NCBI RefSeq assembly: GCF_018350175.1 | Contig: NC_058368.1 | Location: forward strand, 31,250,001-31,314,000 | Direction: 5' to 3' | Length of the DNA: 64,000 bases | DNA from: Felis catus | Lineage: Eukaryota | Part shown: positions 55,230 through 64,000 of the stretch, in pieces | Numbering within the stretch: the stretch's first letter is position 1 | Layout of the letters: each line of letters begins with the position of its first letter | The notes under the pieces: generated by a model | Told to the model about the DNA's origin: nothing | Databases searched by the model: none | What the model saw: the letters and a program-made list of their open reading frames with translations, nothing else | Made by a program: the position numbers and the translations under genes

Positions 55230-57620
55230 AAACAATGTAAGCCATTCATGAGGGGAAAAAAGTTGCTATTTGACAATCAATAACCCCTCTTTTCCCAGAT
55301 GTATTATCATATATTAGCTGGACTGAAAGTCATACTCAGACCAGAAGACCTATTCAATAGTTGTTGCTCTGTGGGCACTGCCACCAATTTGCATCATTGA
55401 CTTCCATGTCATTTTCAGACACCTGATGCAAGTCCTTTCTTTTGAATCTAAAGATTTAACATGAGGACAAAAATTTGGTTTCTAGACGTGAAATGTCTGT
55501 AAAGGAATTTTAAAATGCCCTCCTGTCTGCTTCTCTGGTGATCATTCTGCTCTTGTGTACAAGATCATGTGCGTCCTGCTTTTTACTTTCGACTCTGGAA
55601 AAGGAGCTCATGAGGACGATGTTGTGGGGTGGCTCATCACTCACAGCACGCCCGGTGAAAGCTGATTGCACAGTATCATTTCCTCCACATATGGAGAAGG
55701 GGAAACCTCACTTGTCACAGGCTATTGAAAGTCGTCAGCTTTCATCAGTGGATCCTGACAACACGGAAGGAATGATTCACCTGAAGGAAGCAGAGGGCAT
55801 AGCGTTTCAAAAGTGATCTCTAAAGACTGATTATTTCTTGTCCTTGACACCCTGCCAAGGGCTAGATACATCGAACATTTGGGATGTAATGGAGCCTACA
55901 AATCACTAGTTGCCTGGAGTCTCCCTGGGCCTACAAGAGGAGAGCATGCTTGACTTTAGTTCAGTTTTTATTACATGTTGTAAACTTTTGACTGCTCTGA
56001 TACGCCTTGTCATTGATGTGTCAAGACTGGACTGTGACAGGGTGTCTGACCTGATTGAAATCAAGAATGCTCTATTGGATCTTGTAGAAAATAATGGGAA
56101 AGCTTCTGTTGTGGGACCTGGGGCAGTGGAATACATTTCATAATCATGTCATTGAAAAAAACCCGATGGGACTTATTTTAGGAGCATTGTAGTAGGAGTG
56201 AGGGGAAGGGGCTTTCCTTGGCCTGCAGAAATTAGAGTCGAATCCTACATTACAAGACTTTAAAAACTACAGAGTTACAAGTTATACATTTAGCTTTTTA
56301 AAAGGGCCGACTTTGTTGGTGGAAATATGTCCACCCAAGACGGGCTGCTAAGTGGGGTTTGGTTGACATTGTTTTACTGAAGTTGGAGTCAATGATTTCC
56401 TTAGTACACAAGAGGAAACACAAAAGAATTGTTATCAAATGAAAGATAAACTCTGCTTTTGTTATTCCAGTATTCAAAGTGCTCACTTGATAATGTTTCA
56501 GAATCTTATATGACTGTTTCTTGAAATGCAGTTTCGAACAATGTGATCTCACTCCATAAGAACATTATCACTGATAACAGTGGTTTCCCTTGTGGAGAAG
56601 GGATTGCAGATCAAACGGGTTTTTTTCTTCTCCAAAGTTGCTTCCTTCTCAGAAAAGCTAGTAAACAAGACGATGAGGGTATTATTTTAGCCACAGTAAA
56701 TCCTAATCAAAGTACTAGAGTGCTGGTGAGAAGCAGTACCTCCAAAGCATGCTTCAGGTTGATTCTGTCATATTTCAGTAGGAGAGGGCCCCTTGTAGAT
56801 TAAAAGATGCAGTCCATCACTGCCTGGCAAAGTTGATATTTTGAAGAAGTTAACTATCACACTCCTCCCTTGAGTTTAGGAATATTGCCAAAGCAAATAA
56901 ACACAACTTTTATGCTAGTATTTGAACCAAATGATCATATTCGAAAAACTTTCTTGCAAAGAGTCCTTCAAACATAGGCGGAAGAAACCATGGGTTTTTA
57001 AAAATTGTCATTATCTTCAAAATGCATTCCTCTCCTCATGCTTCTCTGCTCAGCATGTGTACAGTGTTAAAGAAAAAAACAGAGCCTGAAAGTAGTTAAA
57101 GCAGTAAAAACAGACTGTATTCAGGAACTATTATAACAAGAGGAAAGAGACATTACTATAGAACTTGACTCGATTCTGAATATAAGGACAAGGAGGATTT
57201 ACAGTCCAGGAGCAGGGTAAGTGCGTGGGTGTGGGGGATGGTGGTTGGTGGATGAAAGATTACTGAGAAAAAGACATCCAAGGGCAGGGGCATTCTTGAT
57301 AATCTGACCTGACAGGATTCTTGCTGAGGGCAGACCAGAGTGAGCAGATATCACTTGGGGTTGGGGGTGGGACATGAGGAATTTTGATCAGATATTGAGG
57401 ACGATCAGGTATCAAGAGTGGGGACTTGTCTCTAAACTGACTTAGCAGAATTCTTGCTGGAACCGGGCTATGCAGGCGTTACAAGGATGGGGCCAAGTTT
57501 GAGGCTTCATCAAGAAGAAAGCTCAGAGGTGCCTGACTAAAGTCTGGTCAAAGAGAGTCTTCATGAGTGGTAAAAGATTGTTCTTCACTGGTACTAAGTA
57601 TCGGGTATGTCAAATGTAAT
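55230..57620 (+). other. Candidate degraded endogenous viral element resembling mononegavirus (borna/rhabdo-like) L polymerase
   Basis: Colinear degenerate motifs across three frames: YYHILAGLKVILRPE (55302), SLVI..TRSC (55532), DFSSVF (55952), RGRGFPW..YITRL*KLQS (56201-56275), RADFVGG (56303), LDNV-x9-NAV (56486), ITVVSLVEKGLQIKRVFFFSK (56574-56636), GEG..*KMQSITAW..EEVN (56781-56854), and GKRLFFTG (57569-57592) after the LTR. Spacing needs several large indels, motif A is missing and GDNQ is barely recognisable. Confidence 0.38.
57065..57563 (-). mobile_element. ERV1 solo LTR, MER31-like
   Basis: Reverse complement begins tgaagactctctttgaccagactttagtcaggcacctctgagc and ends tttttttctttaaca. 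Confidence 0.8.
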
Positions 57621-57807
57621 TTTGTTTTCTTTTCTATTTTTCTTGTCATATAATATTACCCTGAGGCTAACTGACACCCACCATAATTTTCTGATACCTA
57701 TAGGCATCTCTATGAAAGTATAGCACCATTTTGGAGAAAACTACGCATTATTTATCTAAAGTATTCGTTTAGTATTTGAAGCATTTAAGAATTCACTGCA
57801 AGTTTTG

Positions 57808-57925
57808 GGAGTAGTGGTTGAGAATCGGGTTTTAGAGTCAAAATTTTCAATCTTGACCCCATTGTTGTACAAATTATTTCATCCTCAATACATCAACTCC
57901 TCTCATGTATCTAACATGGAGATCC
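57808..57925 (+). mobile_element. Possible MIR remnant
   Basis: gtagtggttgagaatcgggttttagagtcaaa resembles the MIR 5' part. Highly degenerate. Confidence 0.35.
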
Positions 57926-60900
57926 TATAAGAATGTACTAGGTAACAGAAAACCAGTATGTGCTATCTCACCATATAATTTAATTAGTGCTAATACTGAA
58001 AACAAAGATGAGGAGATCTGTTTAAATAATCCTATTTAATTGGAAACAAAGAAAGAAAACAAGTTTTCTAGAACTATTTAAAATTCTGAACTCGAGATCC
58101 TGTCATTGTAGAGTGCCCTCTCTGTCAATTGTGGTTTTAAATCTGTTATTTATACTTGTACAACTCCTCAACGTGATAAATTATTAGAAAACAAACAACA
58201 TCTACACTTACTTTAGGTTTGGAGGAGATAAGGAAATCAGGTAGATGAGCTTAAAAGAAAAAATATATAATGTTCAGATATAATGACTAGGACAATGATT
58301 ACAGGCATTTATGGAAACAAAGGGAGAAAAACATATACAGATGCAAAAGATCTACTTGTTTTAGCTCTACTTGTTTTTGCTAAACACAAATAGAAGTGTC
58401 TATATGAGTGTGTACATACATGTGTGTCTTTTAGGGACGTTTGATTCTCATTTTAATTTTCCAATGAAATTGAATTTTCTTGTTTCCCTGGAGAGGCAGT
58501 TTTCTACATAGTCCTGAATATTTCATTCAGAGATGTTCATCCATATCATTCAAAAAATTTCACCTATATTCAACCTCACTTTCCTTATTCTCAAATTTGA
58601 TTCGGCCCATCTTTTTGTTATAAACTACTGCCATGCTCTAAAAATGCATTATTCTGAATTGGGAACCAGGACTTAAACTACTAAGGTATTATATAATTAG
58701 AAGATGAGAGTCATGTTAATATAATACACATGTATAGTCAGTGACCCAAGCTACTTTTTTTTTTTTAGTTTGATCAAAAGATGCTAAAAACCTGTCATTT
58801 TTCTTATTCATGTTTACCAAAGTTCTTATTCAATCATAGAGTGTTTGTTGTTCAAATCAGAAATTATGTGAGCAACACCTGGAGGATCTTTGGCACTCTG
58901 TAACACAGTGTCACATGCTGAGCACTGCTAAAATAAACCTTAAATTTTAGCATAAACAAATGAATTTGAATTAAAAAAATTATCAGCACCTATTCCGTGT
59001 AAGGCAGAGTATTACATTATCAAAACTTAATGCTGTTCCACATGTTAGAAACTGACTGCAGCTCTTATTAAGAAAACCAAACTTGGTAGACATTGTCATG
59101 GGAACACAGAGTAGATTCAGTGCCATGACCGATGGGGACTTTCATGGGGGTGTCCCTTGGATTTCCAACAGCACAAATGTCACCCAGTTGTAGGGAAAAT
59201 GGGAATAAGATGGCTTTTCCAGCTGAGAGGGGAAACACCTTTTGAGATTGCTTAGTGATGATCTTTTTCCAGTATAACATGATCTATCTGTAAGCAGTTC
59301 CATAGCAAATTGGCATAAAAACAACCACAATTATGTTAGCCTTGCGGATTCTATTATTGTTTGTTACAAGAATATTCTCAAAGTTTCATGGAGACAGACG
59401 GGCACCAAGAAAAAGATGGAATTCGTTTAGAACACATACCAGTTTTGGGAAAATTCTTAGCTTTGTTTTTCTAATTTTACTGAAGAGCAAATTGGGAACC
59501 AGAAGTGAAGTAATTTCTGCAAACTTATACACAATACAATCTATATCAATCCCTCATTACATTGCCAACTCAAAGTATGTCTTTTCATTTCATTCTGTCC
59601 TGTGGTAAAATGTTTTTCCCATTAGATTGAGATGATATGGGAGTCTTTATCTTCAGCTTTGATAGCTTCCATAGCCGTAAACCTGTTGATCTAATAGTCT
59701 TCCGGGTATATTCATTTCTTCACAAAACATGTTTTTAATACATAACAGAATTTTTATTTTGTCTTTCATACTTTTAGTTTATCGTCTTCCTCTCCAGGTG
59801 TGATCTTCCACCTCATCCTGCACTCATTGGTGAAGCCCACATTTCCTCCCATCCTTTGGGAGTCGTCCTTGAGTTTCTCTCCTTCTTCAACTTGACTTCC
59901 AACGAATAAAGGAATAGCAGCATTAGCATCTATTCATCTCCTGCAGTGTACTGTATGTTCTTTGGGGACATAGGCTTAATCTTATTTATCTTCAAAGACC
60001 TACTGTTTCCTACACTTTCTTGTGCATGACAAATAAAACACTAATGGATATGAAGCAATGGATGAAACTAGAATTCTTTGTTTGTTTTTAATGCAGTTAT
60101 ATCATAATTTCCAAACAAAAAATTCCAATGTGTAGCATGTAAGGTAATCAATCAAGTCCTGCCTTAGTTCAGACCCTCCTCAAGTCTTCTGTGGTTTTCC
60201 TCTGGGTGATGTGACAATTTCCTAACCAATTTTTCTTAGACTCATTGTGCGTACTTCTACATTATCCTTGCGCAGATATCTGCATTTCTGGGTAAATGTT
60301 ATTTGGATAACGTTTCATGATTTACAACCTAATTTCTTCTTCATTTCAATATACTCACCAATACTTCCACAGCTTTTGGTTCTCAGATCAGGTCTCGAGG
60401 AAAAATAATGTTCCTTATATTCATTCAACCAAACATGTACTAGCCTCAAAGAGTTATGTGTCATGGTGTCCTGACCTTTATGAGATCCACATGGTTGCCT
60501 TTTTTCAGAAAATATGTCCTACTCTAGAGCATGGGATGGTGAAGAGCTTACCACTACACATTCAGTTCCTAAGTGATATTTCTAAATCTTTTCCTTCCCA
60601 GATACACATGCCACTGTCATATCGTCCAAATCATTGAAATAGTTTCTGTTCATGACACACAATCCTCCAGCCATTGCGGGTGACTTTACTGGTGCATTGC
60701 CTCCATCTGGTCCTCATAGCTCGGAAAGGGGAACGAGATCTCATTTGAAGCATAGCCCCCAGCTGACTCCTCCCTGTACCACAGACGACAACAAGCTATA
60801 GACAAGCACATCTGCACCGATCATATCAGTTGGTGGGCAAGCCATGGTCGGCCCGTCCTCCTGATGACAGCCAGCCAAGCCTGCAGCCACATCACATTCA

Positions 60901-61356
60901 CTTCACAGCGGCTGTCCAGCCTCACCAGAGCTTCTGTAACACAGGCTGCTCCAATTGTTCTTCCTCAAAACATTCCCTCACCCTTTGTACTTCTTACTAC
61001 TTTAATTTTACCAACAAGGTGTTTTTGGAGATATTTATCTAGCTCTCCTTCCAAATCATCAAAGTCACTAGCATCATCCACTAAGGCAATTTCATGACGA
61101 TGACACGCTGGTGTGCCATCTGTAACTGTGCCCTGTCCTAAGCAAAATCAACACAGCTTCACTGTAGAAACAAGTAATAACACAAGTGACCAACACATCA
61201 GTCAGGTGAAGATTTTCTTTACATGCTGCATTCCTTGTGGCTGGCAAATCTCCACTGGAACCCGAGTGATTATTAAAAACCATATCAAAGGCATGTATCT
61301 TATAGCTTAAGTCTCTCAATTCCTGATCACTTTCATTAAAAATCATATTCAATTTA

Positions 61357-61572
61357 GGGGCGCCTGGGTGGCTCTGTCGGTTAAGCGTCTGACTTCGGCT
61401 CAGGTCATGATCTCACGGTTCATGGATTCGAGCCCTGCATCAGACTCTGTGCTGACAGCTCGGAGCCTGGAGCCTGCTTCAGATTCTGTGTCTCCATCTC
61501 TCTCTGCCCCTTCCCTCACTCGCTCTCTGTCACTCTCTCTCTATCAAAAATAAATAAACATTAAAAATTTTT
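61357..61572 (+). mobile_element. CAN-SINE inserted in the GALNT11 retrocopy
   Basis: 20-bp TSD taaaaatcatattca(a/g)ttta duplicates GALNT11-derived sequence. Confidence 0.95.
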
Positions 61573-61761
61573 TAAAAATCATATTCAGTTTAGAAGAGAA
61601 TTTCACATTGTTTTTTTTCTGGATCTTCAATATGATTACTATATCACAATTTTGTCTGCTTTGAACTATGACTCTAACACTGGACTTAGAGCTTGAGTGA
61701 AACAGGGATAGAATATTTTAGGAAATGATCCACAGGGTCTAGACCCCTTGATAGGCACATT

Positions 61762-61982
61762 GTTTTCTTTCTTTCTTTTTTTTAATGTTTATTTATTTTT
61801 GAGAGAGACACAGAGCGTGAGCAGGGGAGGGGCAGAGAGAGAGGGAAACACAGAATCAAAAGCAGGCTCCAGGCTCTGAGTTGTCAGCACAGAGCCCCAT
61901 GCAGAGCTCAAACTCACGAACTGTGAGATCATGACCCAAGCCGAAGTCGGCCACTCAACCAACTGAGCCACCCAGGCACCCC
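61762..61982 (-). mobile_element. CAN-SINE inserted in the GALNT11 retrocopy
   Basis: TSD tgataggcacatt (61749-61761 / 61985-61997). Confidence 0.95.
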
Positions 61983-63088
61983 ACTGATAGGCACATTCTT
62001 AAGCAACAGAATCACTTGACTGAACTTAAACAAAAAGCAAAACTGTCCAGATCACAGATGTAAAAAGGCACCTCAGTAGATATAGCAAATTGTAACACTT
62101 ACCATTGTAGACCTAGAGCCCCTGAAAGGACTTTTTCAATTTCTTCCAGCAGAAGCAGCCAGAGCCAGAAACTGGTGCTGGAGGCTGAATGGGAACCAAC
62201 CTTGAGAGTGAGAATCTCCCAGATGCAGTCAGGGTGGGAGTGGGGATGTTTCTGTGGGCTCCCCATCGGGTCCTCACGCTGAAGATGCCAGAAAGACACC
62301 TTGTGGCACCAAACACCAGCAGCCCAGCACTGGGCCTTCAGAGACCCCGGCAGTCGCACCCTCCCTCCCTGTCTCAGCGCAGGTGGGGAGGGGGTCAAGC
62401 AGGTGGAAGAGGCCTGGGGAAGCCTAACAGCCCAGCTTCCCGCAGGTCCCGGACGGGTGGCTGCCACCAGGCCACGGAGACTTGCGCTACTATCTGAATC
62501 TTCCCTCTTTCTCTGTCTTCCCCCCACTGAAAGAAATTAGCCAGGCTTTTAAAATTAAACAAGAGTTTTAAGAGCATGTCTTAGTAAATAACAAGGAAGA
62601 AGTTTGAACAATTGCATGTCTCTCCAATCCAATTTGAAGTGAATGGAGGATTATTTGAAATGGAAAAGATAGGACCAAGTCCCGAGTGAAAGGAACAAGA
62701 AGGAAAAGAAGGAAAAGGAAAAGAGTAAGGCAAAATAACAGTGCTCCATTGGTAACTAGCTGTCAATTCTTTTTTTTTTTTTTTTAAGAACCTGAAAATG
62801 TCCCTTTTGAGAGATATTTTACACTTTGGTTTCTGTCTTCTGGCATGGAGACTGGTATTTACCTTGAGGGCAAACAGCTTCTTTGATGTCCATGACTGCA
62901 TTAATATATCTTTTTTTATGCAGAAGTAAGGCATTTTGTCTAAGCATGTGGCATACTGATTAGTAGATAGAAGGTGCTAAATAAACAATTTCTTGAATTA
63001 AAATGAAGAGTAAGCTTTTGGTTTATTTTAAGACTCCTTTGGGATTTTATTTGTGGTGGCTATATAAAGTAGTAATTGAAAAATGTAA

Positions 63089-63089
63089 A

Positions 63090-63135
<46 letters not shown>

Positions 63136-63150
63136 GTATGTATGTATATT
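63089..63150. repeat. (TA)n/(TATG)n microsatellite
   Basis: Direct reading. Confidence 0.9.
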
Positions 63151-64000
63151 ATCTACCTCAGAGTTGCCGGAAGGATAAACAAGCTAATGTTGCAGTCACT
63201 TAGTTCATCCTTGGCACACAGGAAGATCTCAAAGCGTTTATTACTTTTGTTGAGCTATTATCAGTAATGAACGCACATGGTACTTGTGTTTATATGTATG
63301 TGTTTTGGTTTCTACATGTATACATTCATATGTGTGCATATATTTTTAAATACTATCATATCGTGATTCATAGATATCTCTAAATTGACTTAAAATTATT
63401 CCTTCCTTCATTTTTGAAATTTAAATCATATATTTTTAAGACAGTGTACATTATTACTGCATAATGTGCTTTTCAGGGAATTTTTAAAGAGCTACCCTAA
63501 TCTTTTATAGCTTTCAATGTTTTAAAATCTGTCTTTAAAATGTGGGATTATCCCCTTGAGTCTATGAGAAAAAGCCCAGTTTCCAAAATTGAAAGAATGT
63601 ATGTCATTTCTATCTACAGCACTGGCACATGCGAATTTTACAGGACTGGGGAAGATTAACTAGGAACTCTGTACGATGTAAAGGCATCTCTGAGAAGCAG
63701 TTGGAGATGATACTTGACCTTTTGAGGCTTCTCAGGGGATTGAAGTTAAAGCAACTCCAGGTGGTCTTCAGAATCACTTGACATTTCCCATAAGTGATGG
63801 GCCAAACAAGAAAAAGCCAGAGAAAGTCAAGAGTTACAATAAAGTTCCATTTCACCAATTTATTGAATGTATTTATTTAAAGTATCTCTTTGGCTCCACA
63901 GTTACTATATCCAAAATGCCTGTCTATACTCATTGTAACAACCAATATGGTACTTGTATTTATCAAAGCTCATCCTCAGGTCTTTTCCTTTGTAATAGCC

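Larger units (their letters stand above)
60273..62490 (-). pseudogene. GALNT11: Processed (intronless) pseudogene of polypeptide N-acetylgalactosaminyltransferase 11, truncated after the catalytic domain
   Basis: Minus-strand translation from the ATG at 62105 follows GALNT11 continuously: MVSVTICY..CLFTSVIWTVLLF (TM anchor), [115 protein letters not shown] (DxH motif mutated to DSR, 60908-60916), [60 protein letters not shown]. No introns, many stops and frameshifts, and two SINE insertions. The GC-rich 62106-62490 segment is inferred, not verified, to be the 5' UTR. Confidence 0.93.

Noticed and set aside
55281..55400. Polypyrimidine tract plus AG followed by an ATG (possible exon)
   Set aside because: The frame closes after about 33 codons, and there is no convincing donor or recognisable cellular protein.
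55946..56002. MLDFSSVFITCCKLLTALI resembles bornavirus nucleoprotein ELEISSIFSHCCSLLIGVV (EBLN reading)
   Set aside because: It is the best single short match, but it overlaps the L-like reading and neighbouring N motifs do not fall at consistent spacing. Both readings cannot be true. N should still be included as a query in the search.
59050..59720. Minus-strand peptides resembling bornavirus N (IPGRLL, FLGARLSP*NF, FAMELLT..GK, LFPF) or the GALNT11 lectin domain (MK..GHG..YQV)
   Set aside because: The motifs are out of order or overlap in different frames, and similarity is far below that of the genuine GALNT11 copy. They show how easily chance matches arise by eye.
62099..62540. Overlapping ORFs of 67-142 aa in the GC-rich patch
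   Set aside because: Expected from stop-poor GC-rich sequence. No recognisable domain, and better explained as retrocopy 5' UTR.

Overview
AT-rich, repeat-dense mammalian DNA from a felid (cat-like) genome, judged from its many SINEC_Fc/Fc2-type CAN-SINEs. It looks intergenic or intronic, and I see no intact protein-coding gene. Nearly every ORF in the supplied track is a chance or repeat-derived frame. Well-supported content: about 22 CAN-SINEs, most with target-site duplications (TSDs); a full-length but dead carnivore L1 (28138-35661) nested in an older L1; a twin-primed, 5'-inverted L1 with TSD (19131-20790); L2, MIR, MaLR/ERV solo LTRs and hAT MITEs; and a disabled, intronless GALNT11 retrocopy on the minus strand (~60273-62490) that keeps its 5' end but lacks the lectin domain and poly(A). 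The most interesting but least certain signal is ~55230-57620, possibly continuing to ~59700. This non-repeat, coding-like DNA gives plus-strand translations with degenerate motifs, in the correct order, resembling mononegavirus (bornavirus/rhabdovirus-like) L polymerase, interrupted by a MER31-like LTR. Each match alone is near the noise level, so this is a candidate endogenous viral element that needs a profile search. All repeat-family names and reference protein motifs are recalled from memory, not from a search.
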